A DNA stretch of 64,000 bases from Vulcanimicrobiota bacterium (lineage in GTDB: Bacteria > Vulcanimicrobiota > Xenobia > Xenobiales > JADMJV01): assembly GCA_050250895.1 (NCBI GenBank), contig JBFWNU010000001.1, positions 872,008 to 936,007 on the forward strand. The letters are read 5' to 3'. How positions within the stretch are numbered: position 1 is the stretch's first letter; each line of letters begins with the position of its first letter. Shown one piece after another: positions 38,983 through 49,031 of the stretch. The notes under the pieces are model-generated. The model was not told where the DNA came from and ran no database searches. It was given only the letters and a program-made list of their open reading frames with translations. Made by a program: the position numbers and the translations under genes.

Positions 38983-39594
38983 CTAGCTCTTGCCGGCTGA
39001 GTCGCTACCGCAACTGCCGCCGGTGCCGGCATCCTTGCCACCGCTATCCGTGCTGCCCGCGTCCTTGCCACCGCAGGTGCCCGCGTCCTTGCCGGCATCT
39101 TTGCCGCAAGTGTCGGTCGCCGCATCTTTGCCACAGGTGCCCGGGCTGGCGGTATCCTTGCCAGTGCAAGTATCCTTACCAACATCTTTGCTTTCGCAGA
39201 CGCCGTTCTCGTCGCGGCTGCAGCATTCTGTCTTGCTGGCCTCCTGCTTGCTCTCGCACTGGCTTTTCTCGTTCTTGGAGCACTGGCTGGCCGTCTCGGC
39301 GCTGGCCTGCGCCACGCACTCGCGCTCGCCGTGGTCGCCACCCTGAGAGCCAAGAAAGGTCGTCAATTGAGCGTGGGCGGCCTGTTTGGCGCTGGCGAAC
39401 CGAGCCTTGAACTCGAGTTCCGCCGAGGCCCCTCCGAACTGGCTGTTGCCTGACATCGGATAGTTGCCGCAGGCCAGGCCATAGGCCGACAGGTCAAAAC
39501 TGATGAAGGGACTGACGCTGGCGCTCAGGTCGGCGCAGCTACTGGCCGAGGCCAGTTGTTGGAAAGCGATTCGGATTTCGAAACTACTGATCAT
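38983..39594 (-). CDS. hypothetical protein with Cys/GKD repeats
   Basis: AAGGAG RBS; C-terminal (T)C(G)GKDA repeats. Confidence 0.7.
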   Translation of the reverse strand: MISSFEIRIAFQQLASASSCADLSASVSPFISFDLSAYGLACGNYPMSGNSQFGGASAELEFKARFASAKQAAHAQLTTFLGSQGGDHGERECVAQASAETASQCSKNEKSQCESKQEASKTECCSRDENGVCESKDVGKDTCTGKDTASPGTCGKDAATDTCGKDAGKDAGTCGGKDAGSTDSGGKDAGTGGSCGSDSAGKS

Positions 39595-39736
39595 CCGGGG
39601 GGACTCCTTCTAATAAAGTGATTACCTCTATTGAAGCCGCCGGAGTTGGAGATCCTCTTGGAGTTGCGCCCGGAGATGTGAACGAGTTATTGCCCAATTA
39701 TTGCTGGATCGAACTGTTGCGCGATTCTAACACGCG

Positions 39737-40016
39737 CCGCCCTGCGGGCGGGGGAGCGCTGGCTTTGCCAGCGGGAGAAGGAGCGGCTACGCCGAGCTCT
39801 CGCCCTGCGGGCGACAGCGGGGCGGCTACGCCGAGAGCGACCCCCAGCTCAACCACCTCGAATTGAGCGCCAGCTCGATTCGCTCCCACCTCCCGGCGCA
39901 GCCGGGCTCGCAACTCCGAGCGAAGCGAGGCTCCTTTCTCGGCCGAAGGCCGACGGCTCGGCCGAAGGCCGACGGCTCGGCCGAAGGCCGACGGCTCCTT
40001 TCTCGGCCGCAGGCCG
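39737..40016. repeat. cluster of GC-rich triloop mini-hairpins including 3 x 19-bp tandem repeat
   Basis: CTCGGCCGAAGGCCGACGG x3 (39938-39994); CGCCCTGCGGGCG x2; GCGGCTACGCCGAG x2. Confidence 0.85.
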
Positions 40017-40403
40017 TTAGCCAAGCAGGTCCCACTTGTTGCCGGCGATGTCTTCGAAGACGACCACCCGGCCGTAAGGCTCCTGCCGGGGTTGGCCGTG
40101 GAAGACGACGCCAGCGGCCTGCAGGCGAGCATAGCTTGCCTCGAAGTCGTCGACGCGCAGGAAGAAGCCCACCCGGCCGGCCATCTGGCGGCCCACGAAA
40201 GGCTGCTGCTGGGGACCGTCGGCGCGAGCCAGCAGTAGCCCGGTCTCGGCTCCAGGCGGGCGAACGACCACCCAGCGCTTGGGGCGGCCGTCGTTCGTCA
40301 GCGAAGGGGTGTCTTCGACCAGTTCAAAGCCGAGCACCTCGACAAAGAAGGCGATGGCCGGGTCGTACTCTTCGACCACCAGGCTGACCAATTGCAGGTG
40401 CAA
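40017..40403 (-). CDS. VOC/glyoxalase family protein
   Basis: AIAFFVEVLGFELVED, EPYGRVVVFEDIAGNKWDL. Confidence 0.9.
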   Translation of the reverse strand: MHLQLVSLVVEEYDPAIAFFVEVLGFELVEDTPSLTNDGRPKRWVVVRPPGAETGLLLARADGPQQQPFVGRQMAGRVGFFLRVDDFEASYARLQAAGVVFHGQPRQEPYGRVVVFEDIAGNKWDLLG

Positions 40404-40754
40404 CTACCAGATACCGAGGAACATGCGGGCTTCTTCCGAGGCGTGCACGGTGGGATCCCAGCGGGGCTTCCAGACCAGGTTGACCTCGCAGTCTTTGACA
40501 CCCTCGAGGCGCTTGACGGTGATCCAGACGGCGCTCTTGAGTTCAGGCCCGGCCGGACAACCCGGGCTGGTCAAAGTCATGTTGACATCGACCACGCCCG
40601 TTTCTTCATTGGGAATGACGTCGTAGATGAGGCCAAGGTCGACGATATTGATGCCGATCTCGGGGTCGATGACCTCTTTGATGGCCTCACGAATGGTCTC
40701 GGGGTCGGGCATCTGACCGGTGGTCTGGGCGGTGGTTTCGGTGGTTTCTGACAT
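40404..40754 (-). CDS. sufT: DUF59/SufT Fe-S assembly factor
   Basis: VIDPEIGINIVDLGLIY..MTLTSPGCP. Confidence 0.9.
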   Translation of the reverse strand: MSETTETTAQTTGQMPDPETIREAIKEVIDPEIGINIVDLGLIYDVIPNEETGVVDVNMTLTSPGCPAGPELKSAVWITVKRLEGVKDCEVNLVWKPRWDPTVHASEEARMFLGIW

Positions 40755-40766
40755 GATATTTCCTCC

Positions 40767-41231
40767 TCAGGCGCAGTTCTCTTGGGGTAGGGCCTGCAGC
40801 AATGTGTTCCAGGCTAGTAGCGCGCACTTGATGCGCACGGGATATTGGCGAACGCCGTCGAGGGCCTCGAGATCTTCGAGATCCAGCTCGGACTCGGGCA
40901 AATCGCCTCGGGTCAGCATGCGGGCTTTGAAACAGCCGCATAGCTTGCGGGCATAGTCGACGCTGTGGCCGCACAGCATGCAGGTCAGCATCGAGGCCGA
41001 GGCAAGCGAAATAGAGCAGCCCTGACCACCGAAGCCGATGTCCTTGATAATACCGTCTTCAATCTGAAGCTCGATCTCGACCTCGTCGCCGCAGGTGGGA
41101 TTGAATCCCTCCTCTGAATGGGTCGGACAACACAGCTTCTTCTTGTGGACCGGGCGAGCATAGTGTTCGAGAATGATCTCGCGATAGAGGTCGTCTCCCA
41201 TGAAGTCTTTTTCGGATTGGCTAATGGACAC
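40767..41231 (-). CDS. sufU: SUF NifU-family protein SufU
   Basis: LYREIILEHY, NPTCGD, GCSISLASAS, RIKCALLAW. Confidence 0.93.
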   Translation of the reverse strand: MSISQSEKDFMGDDLYREIILEHYARPVHKKKLCCPTHSEEGFNPTCGDEVEIELQIEDGIIKDIGFGGQGCSISLASASMLTCMLCGHSVDYARKLCGCFKARMLTRGDLPESELDLEDLEALDGVRQYPVRIKCALLAWNTLLQALPQENCA

Positions 41232-42408
41232 CCGTAAATACCTCGCTTGCTTTGCCCAGGGCGACCGCCAGGCGGTCGATGTCGGCAGTGGTGTTGTAGA
41301 CGTAAAAACTTGCCCGAGTGGTGCCGGCCCAGCCCAGCTGGCGCATCAAGGGCTGGCAGCAATGATGACCCGCCCGAATGCAGACCTGCTCGCGATCGAG
41401 CAAGGTAGCCAGATCGTGGGGATGGATGCCGCGATAGTCAAACGACAACACGCCGCTCTGACGGGTCGTGTCGCCCGGGCCCAACAGACGCATCCCCTCG
41501 AGCTTGCCGAGCGTAGCGAAGGCATACTCGAGCAACATCTGCTCATGGGCGCGCACGCGCTCCATGCCAAACTCGGTCAGATAGTCGATGGCTGCTCCCA
41601 GGCCGATGGCTCCGGCGATGTGGGGGGTGCCCGCTTCGAAGCGCTGGGGCACTTCGCCAAAGCGGGTCTTCTCTCGCTTGACTTGCAAGATCATGCCGCC
41701 TCCCAGGCGGTACGGTGGCAAGGCCTCGAGCAACTGGCGTCGGCCATACAGCACCCCGATACCGGTGGGCCCCAGCATCTTGTGCCCCGAAAAGGCCAGG
41801 AAATCACAGTCGAGGGCGCCGACATCGGTGGTCAGGTGAGGCACGCCCTGGGCCCCATCGACCACCACCAGGGCGCCCGCCTGACGGGCCCGGGCAGCCA
41901 GGTCGGCCACCGGATTGATGGTTCCGAACACGTTCGACACCCAGGTCAGGGCCAAAAGCTTGGGTCGAGCCTCGAGCAACCGGTCAAAATTAGAAAGGTC
42001 GAGAGAACCGTCGGGCAGCACCTCGATCCAGGCGAGCTGGGCGCCTTTGCGCTGAGCCAACTGCTGCCAGGGCACCAGATTCGAATGGTGCTCCATCCCG
42101 GAAAGGAGAATGGTATCGCCGACCCCGATGTGCTCTTCGCCCCAGGTCGAGGCCAGCAGGTTGATACTATCGGTAGTGCCCGAGGTGAAGATGCACTCTT
42201 CGGGTCGAGCGCCGATGAACGCGGCTACCTTCTGGCGGGCCTCTTCGTAGCGACTGGTCGCCTCTTCCGAGATGGAATAGATGCCGCGATGAATGTTGGC
42301 GCAATAGTCGCGATAGTAGCCGGTCATGGCCTCGATCACCGCGGTCGGCGTCAGAGAAGTGGCGCCGCTGTCGAGATAGACCAGCTTATCGGTGATCGGA
42401 AAATCCAT
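41221..42408 (-). CDS. sufS: cysteine desulfurase SufS
   Basis: YLDSGATS, FSGHKMLGPTG, RAGHHC. Confidence 0.95.
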   Translation of the reverse strand: MDFPITDKLVYLDSGATSLTPTAVIEAMTGYYRDYCANIHRGIYSISEEATSRYEEARQKVAAFIGARPEECIFTSGTTDSINLLASTWGEEHIGVGDTILLSGMEHHSNLVPWQQLAQRKGAQLAWIEVLPDGSLDLSNFDRLLEARPKLLALTWVSNVFGTINPVADLAARARQAGALVVVDGAQGVPHLTTDVGALDCDFLAFSGHKMLGPTGIGVLYGRRQLLEALPPYRLGGGMILQVKREKTRFGEVPQRFEAGTPHIAGAIGLGAAIDYLTEFGMERVRAHEQMLLEYAFATLGKLEGMRLLGPGDTTRQSGVLSFDYRGIHPHDLATLLDREQVCIRAGHHCCQPLMRQLGWAGTTRASFYVYNTTADIDRLAVALGKASEVFTGVH

Positions 42409-42707
42409 CAGTCGAGACTCACATAGACCTGACCGTCGACCACTTCGAGCTCGAACGTCTCGATGGGATAAACGGCTGGCATCTGGGTGACTGACCCGTC
42501 GCGAACGTCAAAACGGGCCCCGTGGCGGGGGCACTCGATCTCGCAACCTTCGAGTTCGCCCTCGCCCAGGGGACCGTCATCGTGAGTGCATCGGTCCTCG
42601 ACGGCATAGAGGGTGCCATCCACGTTGCAGATGGCCACCCTCTCGCCTTCGATGCGGACCACGCGGACCTTCCCCAGGGGAAAGTCCTCGAGTCGGCCGA
42701 CTCTCAT
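42408..42707 (-). CDS. Rieske-type ferredoxin
   Basis: CTH..CPRHG. Confidence 0.92.
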   Translation of the reverse strand: MRVGRLEDFPLGKVRVVRIEGERVAICNVDGTLYAVEDRCTHDDGPLGEGELEGCEIECPRHGARFDVRDGSVTQMPAVYPIETFELEVVDGQVYVSLD

Positions 42708-43933
42708 CAGCCCAGCACTTTCTCCATTCGCTCCGAGAGCAGTTCCACGAGGTGCTCGACCACCACTGGCTGAGCGGTCCGCTCGATCACTTCCTGGAAA
42801 AAGCCGGTAATGAGCAAACGCTCCGCCTCGTAAGAGGTCATGCCGCGACTCTGCAGATAGAACTTCTGGTCGCGGTCATAGGTGGTGAAGGTAGCGCCAT
42901 GAGTGCAACGCACATCATTGGCCTCGATCTCGAGTTTGGGCATCGAATCGGCCCGGGCTTTGTCCGAGAGCAACAAGTTGCGATTCTGCTGGTAGCCGTC
43001 GATCTTCTGGGCACCGGGCTCACACAGCACATTACCCGAGAATACCGAGCGAGCTTTACCAGTCAGAGCGATGTGGCAAAGCACATCAGAGACGGTGTCG
43101 CCCACGCGATGGTTTTGAACCACATCCAGGTCATAGTGTTGCCGGCCTTCGGCCAGCACCAGCCCCAAGACCTCGGACTTGGCTCCCTGGCCGCACAGGT
43201 CGGATTCGATGAACACTTTGGCCAATCGTCCACCCAGGCCCATGAAGAGCACTTGCAGGGTGGCGTCCTTGCCCAGGGTTGCGTGAATCGTCGGTACCAC
43301 CGCGGCCCGATCGCCCCACTTATGGACGAAGACGTAGCGCAGATTGGCGCCTTCCTCGAGATGGATCTCGACCATGGGTGCGGCCAGCAGTGCCTCGTCA
43401 TCGGCCTCGAAGGTCTCTACCACCGAAGCTTTGCTGTGGCGCTCGGCCAGCACCAGACTGTGTGGCAGCGCCGCCGCCGTGTCGCCCGCGCCGAAGCGAT
43501 GGTGGGCGGTCACCGCTCCCTCGCCGGTGCTCTTGTCTTTGGCGATGTGAAAGAAGCTGCCGCCGCTCCAGAAAGCGCGGTTGAGAGCCGAAAACGAATG
43601 CTCGTCGAGGCGTCCTACGTGGTGTAGATACTTTTCGACCAGCGCCGACTGAGTCTTGACGGCCTCTTCTAGAGCACAGAAAGTCACGCCGTCACGGCTG
43701 GCCTCGCCCAGTTGGCCGAAGCTCGACACGGGAGGCGCGACCTGGTGGCTCTCGGGACGAACCCGCTCCGGGTCGGTGCGGCGCCAGGCTTCGTCTTTTC
43801 CGGTAGGGAAGTCTAGCGCCTGATAATGGGCAAATCCTTCGCGTCGAGCTGCCTTAAGCCAATCGGGGGCCTGGTTGCTGAGCAGGTCGAGCCCGCTCTG
43901 ATCAAGAGTTGCTTTGGTCATGGTGGTGGTCAT
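42707..43933 (-). CDS. sufD: Fe-S assembly protein SufD
   Basis: EAWRRT, NLLLS..ADSMPKLEIEANDVRCTHGAT, FYLQSRG. Confidence 0.93.
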   Translation of the reverse strand: MTTTMTKATLDQSGLDLLSNQAPDWLKAARREGFAHYQALDFPTGKDEAWRRTDPERVRPESHQVAPPVSSFGQLGEASRDGVTFCALEEAVKTQSALVEKYLHHVGRLDEHSFSALNRAFWSGGSFFHIAKDKSTGEGAVTAHHRFGAGDTAAALPHSLVLAERHSKASVVETFEADDEALLAAPMVEIHLEEGANLRYVFVHKWGDRAAVVPTIHATLGKDATLQVLFMGLGGRLAKVFIESDLCGQGAKSEVLGLVLAEGRQHYDLDVVQNHRVGDTVSDVLCHIALTGKARSVFSGNVLCEPGAQKIDGYQQNRNLLLSDKARADSMPKLEIEANDVRCTHGATFTTYDRDQKFYLQSRGMTSYEAERLLITGFFQEVIERTAQPVVVEHLVELLSERMEKVLG

Positions 43934-43941
43934 CTTTCCTC

Positions 43942-45348
43942 CTAGCCGATCGATCCTTCCATCTCGAGTTGAATGAGACGGTTGAGTTCGACGGCATATT
44001 CCATCGGCAGTTCTTTGGTGAAGGGCTCGAAAAAGCCGTTCACGATCATCGAGATGGCGTCGTTCTCGGAAAGGCCGCGGCTCATCAGATAGAACAGTTG
44101 CTCATCGCCCACTTTGGAAACGGTGGCCTCGTGACCGATATGGGTGTCCTTGTTCTCGATCTCCATGTAGGGATAAGTGTCCGAACGCGACTCTTCGTCA
44201 AGCAGCAAAGCGTCACAGCGCACGTTGCACTTGACTCCGTGGGCGTTAGGATAGACTTTTACCAGGCCGCGATAGGAAGTGCGTCCGCCGTTCTTGGAGA
44301 TGGACTTGGACAGCACGGTGGAAGAGGTGTTGGGAGCCACGTGAACCATCTTGGCCCCGGCGTCCTGGTGCTGACCTTTGCCGGCATAGGCAATGGAAAG
44401 GACCTCGCCGCGAGCCCCCTCCTCCATCAAGTAGACGGCCGGATACTTCATCGTGATCTTGGAACCCAGGTTGCCGTCAATCCACTCGACGGTGGCATTC
44501 TTGAACGCCTGAGCGCGCTTGGTCACCAGGTTATAGACGTTGTTCGACCAGTTCTGGATGGTGGTGTAGCGAATGGTCGAGCCCTCCATCGCGATCAACT
44601 CGACCACGGCCGAATGGAGCGAATCGGTGGCATAGATCGGAGCCGTGCAGCCCTCGATGTAGTGCACTTTTGCACCCGGTTCGGTGATGATGAGGGTGCG
44701 CTCGAACTGGCCCATGTTCTCGGCATTGATGCGGAAGTAGGCCTGCAGCGGAATGTCGACTTCCACTCCGGCCGGCACCCAGATGAACGACCCGCCGCTC
44801 CAGACCGCCGTGTTGAGGGCCGAGAACTTGTTGTCGTTGTGGGGGATGACGGTGCCGAAGTACTTCTTGACGATCTCCGGGTGCTCGCGCAGAGCGCTAT
44901 CCATGTCGAGGAAGATGACTCCCTCTTTCTCGAGGTCCTCGCGGATGGAGTGATACACCACCTCGGACTCGTATTGAGCCGAGACGCCGGCCAGGAACTT
45001 TCGCTCGGCCTCGGGGATCCCCAGCTTCTCGAAGGTATCCTTGATGTACTCGGGCACGTCGTCCCAGCTCTTCTCGGTTTTCTCCGAAGGCTTGACGTAA
45101 TAGTGAATGTTCCCGAAGTCGATCTCGCCGAGATCGCTGCCCCATTGGGGCATGGGCCGGCTATGGAAATGCTCCAGAGCCTGCAGGCGAGCCTCGAGCA
45201 TCCAGGCCGGTTCGTTCTTTTGGGAAGAGATCTTCTCCACGATCTCGCGGGTCAGACCCTTTCCAGACTTGTAGACGTAGTTCTCTTCGTCGTGAAAGCC
45301 GTATTTATAGTCTTTGCCAATATCCTCTAAGAGAGCGGAATCAGACAT
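43942..45348 (-). CDS. sufB: Fe-S assembly protein SufB
   Basis: [33 protein letters not shown]. Confidence 0.97.
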   Translation of the reverse strand: MSDSALLEDIGKDYKYGFHDEENYVYKSGKGLTREIVEKISSQKNEPAWMLEARLQALEHFHSRPMPQWGSDLGEIDFGNIHYYVKPSEKTEKSWDDVPEYIKDTFEKLGIPEAERKFLAGVSAQYESEVVYHSIREDLEKEGVIFLDMDSALREHPEIVKKYFGTVIPHNDNKFSALNTAVWSGGSFIWVPAGVEVDIPLQAYFRINAENMGQFERTLIITEPGAKVHYIEGCTAPIYATDSLHSAVVELIAMEGSTIRYTTIQNWSNNVYNLVTKRAQAFKNATVEWIDGNLGSKITMKYPAVYLMEEGARGEVLSIAYAGKGQHQDAGAKMVHVAPNTSSTVLSKSISKNGGRTSYRGLVKVYPNAHGVKCNVRCDALLLDEESRSDTYPYMEIENKDTHIGHEATVSKVGDEQLFYLMSRGLSENDAISMIVNGFFEPFTKELPMEYAVELNRLIQLEMEGSIG

Positions 45349-45373
45349 TTAGATCCTCCTAAGGTGCCGTCGC

Positions 45374-46153
45374 CTAGGCGCCAGCGGTCACAGGCTCGAC
45401 GCCGTAAGCTTTGAGCAGTTCGTCATAGCCCTTCTCTTCGAGTTCGTGGGCGAGTTCGGGCCCACCACTGCGAACGATGCGGCCGGACACCATCACATGG
45501 ACGTGGTGGGGTTTGATGTAGTTGAGCAGACGTTGATAGTGAGTAACCAACAAAACTCCCATATCGGGACCCGCCTGGCGATTGACACCCTCGGCCACGA
45601 TGCGCAAGGCATCGATATCCAGGCCCGAGTCGGTCTCGTCAAGCAACGCTAGCTTGGGTTGGAGCAGCGCCATCTGCAGAATCTCGCAGCGCTTCTTCTC
45701 GCCGCCCGAGAAGCCGTCGTTGACATAGCGCTTGGCGAAGTCGGGGTTGATACCGAGCTCTTTCATGTGCCCCATCAACTCTTTGCGGAAGGGGAGCAAC
45801 TTGACCTTGTCGGCGCCCCGCACAGCCTTCACCGAGGCCAGCAAGAAATTGCCCAGACTGACGCCCGGAATCGAGGTGGGATATTGGAAGGCCAGGAAGA
45901 TGCCGGCTTTGGCCCGCTCATCGGCTTCCATCTCGGTGAGGTCTTCCCCCTGATAGTGGATGGTTCCACCCGTGACCTCATAGGCGGGGTGACCCATCAA
46001 AACGTTGGACAGGGTCGATTTTCCCGAGCCGTTGGGACCCATCAAAGCGTGAATCTCGCCCTGTTTGATGGTCAGGCTCAGGCCCCGCAAAATCGGCTTC
46101 CCTTCGATTTCGACCTGCAGGTCTTTGATTTCGAGTAAAGGCTTGTTGGCCAT
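45374..46153 (-). CDS. sufC: Fe-S assembly ATPase SufC
   Basis: [34 protein letters not shown]. Confidence 0.97.
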   Translation of the reverse strand: MANKPLLEIKDLQVEIEGKPILRGLSLTIKQGEIHALMGPNGSGKSTLSNVLMGHPAYEVTGGTIHYQGEDLTEMEADERAKAGIFLAFQYPTSIPGVSLGNFLLASVKAVRGADKVKLLPFRKELMGHMKELGINPDFAKRYVNDGFSGGEKKRCEILQMALLQPKLALLDETDSGLDIDALRIVAEGVNRQAGPDMGVLLVTHYQRLLNYIKPHHVHVMVSGRIVRSGGPELAHELEEKGYDELLKAYGVEPVTAGA

Positions 46154-46172
46154 AATTACACCTCTCGTTGTG

Positions 46173-46652
46173 CTATCTTTCCTCTATTAACTTCAAAGGC
46201 AGCAAACCTTCGCTCTCGCGCCCCCCGCAAAGCCGCTGGGCCTCCGCTCTCAAATCGTCGAGTGTCGTGCTACCTAAAACTTCCATGACGCTATTCTCGA
46301 GCTCAAAACACAATTTTCGGCTGGCGCACCCTGTATGAGTGCGGCAGTTCGCCGAACGGAGCTCAGGCATGCTGCACAAAATCGGCGGCATATCACCCTC
46401 GACAGCCCTCACCACATCAGCCACCGTGATCTCGCCAGGAGGCCTGGAAAGACGATATCCGCCTTTGGGCCCGCGAGTCGACTCGACCAGACCCGATTGA
46501 CGGATAGCATTGAGAATTTGTTCGAGATAGCGACGGGGGATGTTGTTCTCGTCCGACAGGCTGACCGTGGTCACCGGCGGCCCATTCAACTGCTGAGCCA
46601 GCGCCAAACAGGCCCGCAAACCATAGGTACTTCTTGTCGAGAGTTTGAACAA
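46173..46652 (-). CDS. Rrf2/IscR-family regulator with three-Cys motif
   Basis: [21 protein letters not shown]; C-x7-C-x5-C. Confidence 0.9.
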   Translation of the reverse strand: MFKLSTRSTYGLRACLALAQQLNGPPVTTVSLSDENNIPRRYLEQILNAIRQSGLVESTRGPKGGYRLSRPPGEITVADVVRAVEGDMPPILCSMPELRSANCRTHTGCASRKLCFELENSVMEVLGSTTLDDLRAEAQRLCGGRESEGLLPLKLIEER

Positions 46653-46684
46653 TGGTCCCTTTCATCCAATGTGTGGTCGCCCTG

Positions 46685-46719
46685 ATTCTAATAATCCCTA
46701 CTATTTTTGTCAAGATTAT
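46685..46719 (-). promoter_or_regulatory. sigma70 promoter of the rrf2-suf operon overlapped by an IscR-like operator
   Basis: minus strand TTGACA-N17-TAGAAT; imperfect palindrome ATAATC..GATTAT at 46691-46719. Confidence 0.8.
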
Positions 46720-46874
46720 TAAACAACCTCGGCGGGGACGGGTCTTCTCATTCCCCTCCAGATCCGAGTCGAAACGTCTGTTCACGCGCCTCTGGCCAGG
46801 CGTCAAAATATCCGATGGTAGGCGAGCCCCTAAATTTAGGGGAGAATTGCTCACAGCTAGCAAATAGGGAAACC

Positions 46875-49031
46875 ATGCCGGATATCCATCGGCCCGTGCT
46901 GGCCGTGGTGGGACATATCGTCGAGGCCGACGATCCCGAATTCCGCTCACTCGAGCTGGCGCAACGTTTTTTTGAGCGCAAAGCCAATCAGCGGGGGGCC
47001 GACGAGCAAGGTATCGTCTATGCCCTCATCTGGCTAGCCGGCACGCGGGTCGTGCTTCACAACGTCAAAGGGGCCCTGCACACCCTGGGCCACCTCAGGG
47101 CCCGCTCCCGCGGCCGCTTCAAGGAACTCGAGACCATGGCCGGATATCTCGAGATCAGGCTGGCTCTCGAAATGCGGGAATACAAAAAGGCGCTGGGCCT
47201 GCTCGAGCGCCTCACGGTCGACTCCGATGACGAACGAACCCGAGCCCGACTTACCGCCATCGCCCAGATGTACCGAGGTCGAATCCTTTCAGCCCAAGGC
47301 CAGATTCAGCTTGGCCACGTCGAATTCGAAAAGGCCCTGGCCTCGCTGAGAGTAGGCTCGGCCCAGCTCGAGGATTTGGCCATTACGGCCGAGATCTATA
47401 ACGAGCAGGGCCACTCCTTCTACCGCGAGGGCAAGGTAGACGAAGGCATGAAGGCCTACACCCAGGCCGAAACGGTGGCCGGGCACATCGGTTTCAAACT
47501 GGCCCTGGCCCGTAGCCTGCGAGGGCGCGGCATCATCCACAGCATTCGCAAAGAAAACGAGCAGGCCATCAAGCTGCTGCGTCAGGCCCTGGACGTCTAT
47601 CAGGGCTTCGATGCCCCCTACGGCGTGCTGCGAACCTGCATCAGCCTGGGCCGCTCGCACTATGCTCTGGCTGACTATCGCCAGGCCCTGTTCTATTTCG
47701 AAGAAGCCCGGGTCCAGTGTGGCAAAGGGCGATATCCCAACGAAGAAGCCGAAGTCAACGCCCGCATCGGCGACATCATGTTGGCCGAGGGCCGCTACGA
47801 CGAGGCGGCCGAATTCTACGAGCAAGACTTGCAGATCGTCACCGTCCAGGGCACCGACCGGGCGCGCAGCCACGCTCTGCGCAACGTGGGCCGTATTCAG
47901 CGTTTGCTGGGCAACTTCTTGCGAGCCGAGGCCTGCCTCGAAGAGTCCTACCAGATCTTCAAGCGCCTCGACGATCGGCCAGGCCTGGTTCAGACCTTGC
48001 AACAGATGGTGCAGTGCTTCCTCGAAGAAGGCAAGACCGTCATGGCCCGGCGCGCCCTCGACGCCCTCAAGGAGCAGGCGACTCGCCTGGGGCGCACCCA
48101 CGAAGTCGGTATCGCCAACATGCTCGAAGGCCTGGTTCTGCGCCACGAGGACAAGTCGGCCGAAGCCCGCCTGCAACTCGAGAAGAGCCTGCGCGTTTTC
48201 GCCGAAGACCCCGGTTTCTACACGGTGATGTGCCGCATGGAACTCGGTCAGGCTTTGCACGACCTGGGTCACCGCGAATCGGCGCTCCACCAATTCAAAG
48301 AAGCTATTTTGACCTCGCGCAAACTGCGACTGCACGACATGGAGAAGCGGGCGCTCGATCTGCTGGCCAAGATCGACCGCTCGGAGTGGGCCCGAATTTT
48401 GCACGGTGGCGGTAGCCAACCCATCAAAGACCGGCGCGTCAACCGCGTCTATCTCTCGGTTTTGATGCTGGAACTACGGGGGCTTGATTCTATTTGGGAT
48501 CTAGAGCCAGAGCCCCAGGTCCAGGCGCTCAATCAGGTCTACGACGCTCTGGCCTCGATCATCCATCAAGAGAAAGGCATTCTGGGCAAACTGAGCGGCG
48601 AGCGGATGCAGGTGATCTTCGGCCTCGAGAGCACCTGTGACCCCGGTCTGGCCCTGGCCTGCGCCGAGGCTTGCTTGGAGGGCTTCCAGCGCCAGCGTCG
48701 CGAGCTAGAACTGGCCGCCGAATTTGGCCTGGCCGCCTCGATCGCCACCGGCGAGGCTATCGAGGGTATGTTCGGCCCTTCGGATCGCCTCGAATTTGGG
48801 GTTTTCGGCGAGTCGGTCAGCTTGGCCAAGGTCATTCTGGGAGCCGCATCGCCCGGAGAAGTGGTGGTCTGCCCCCATACCTATCGGGCCCTGAGCCACA
48901 ATCTGCCGATGTCGGCCCCACGCGACCTCGAGGTTCCTGACTGGGAAAAACTGGTCGTCTATCAGGTCTCGTCGGGCCGCACGCTCACTCATCAGGGGGG
49001 TTTGGCGGTCGACGGGGGGCTGGCGGGTTAA
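46875..49031 (+). CDS. TPR protein with degenerate class III nucleotide cyclase domain
   Basis: TPR array, then LMLELRG, GILGKLSGERMQVIFG, IATGE..RLEFGVFGESVSLA. Confidence 0.8.
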   Translation: MPDIHRPVLAVVGHIVEADDPEFRSLELAQRFFERKANQRGADEQGIVYALIWLAGTRVVLHNVKGALHTLGHLRARSRGRFKELETMAGYLEIRLALEMREYKKALGLLERLTVDSDDERTRARLTAIAQMYRGRILSAQGQIQLGHVEFEKALASLRVGSAQLEDLAITAEIYNEQGHSFYREGKVDEGMKAYTQAETVAGHIGFKLALARSLRGRGIIHSIRKENEQAIKLLRQALDVYQGFDAPYGVLRTCISLGRSHYALADYRQALFYFEEARVQCGKGRYPNEEAEVNARIGDIMLAEGRYDEAAEFYEQDLQIVTVQGTDRARSHALRNVGRIQRLLGNFLRAEACLEESYQIFKRLDDRPGLVQTLQQMVQCFLEEGKTVMARRALDALKEQATRLGRTHEVGIANMLEGLVLRHEDKSAEARLQLEKSLRVFAEDPGFYTVMCRMELGQALHDLGHRESALHQFKEAILTSRKLRLHDMEKRALDLLAKIDRSEWARILHGGGSQPIKDRRVNRVYLSVLMLELRGLDSIWDLEPEPQVQALNQVYDALASIIHQEKGILGKLSGERMQVIFGLESTCDPGLALACAEACLEGFQRQRRELELAAEFGLAASIATGEAIEGMFGPSDRLEFGVFGESVSLAKVILGAASPGEVVVCPHTYRALSHNLPMSAPRDLEVPDWEKLVVYQVSSGRTLTHQGGLAVDGGLAG

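Noticed and set aside
39938-39994. CRISPR array or iterons
   Set aside because: 19-bp units are directly abutting without spacers; no cas or rep gene.
41200-45330. Long plus-strand ORFs (408, 291, 473 aa) and similar antisense ORFs such as 6502..8070, 17223..18554, 56376..57665
   Set aside because: Antisense shadows of well-supported genes, expected from GC-rich codon bias.
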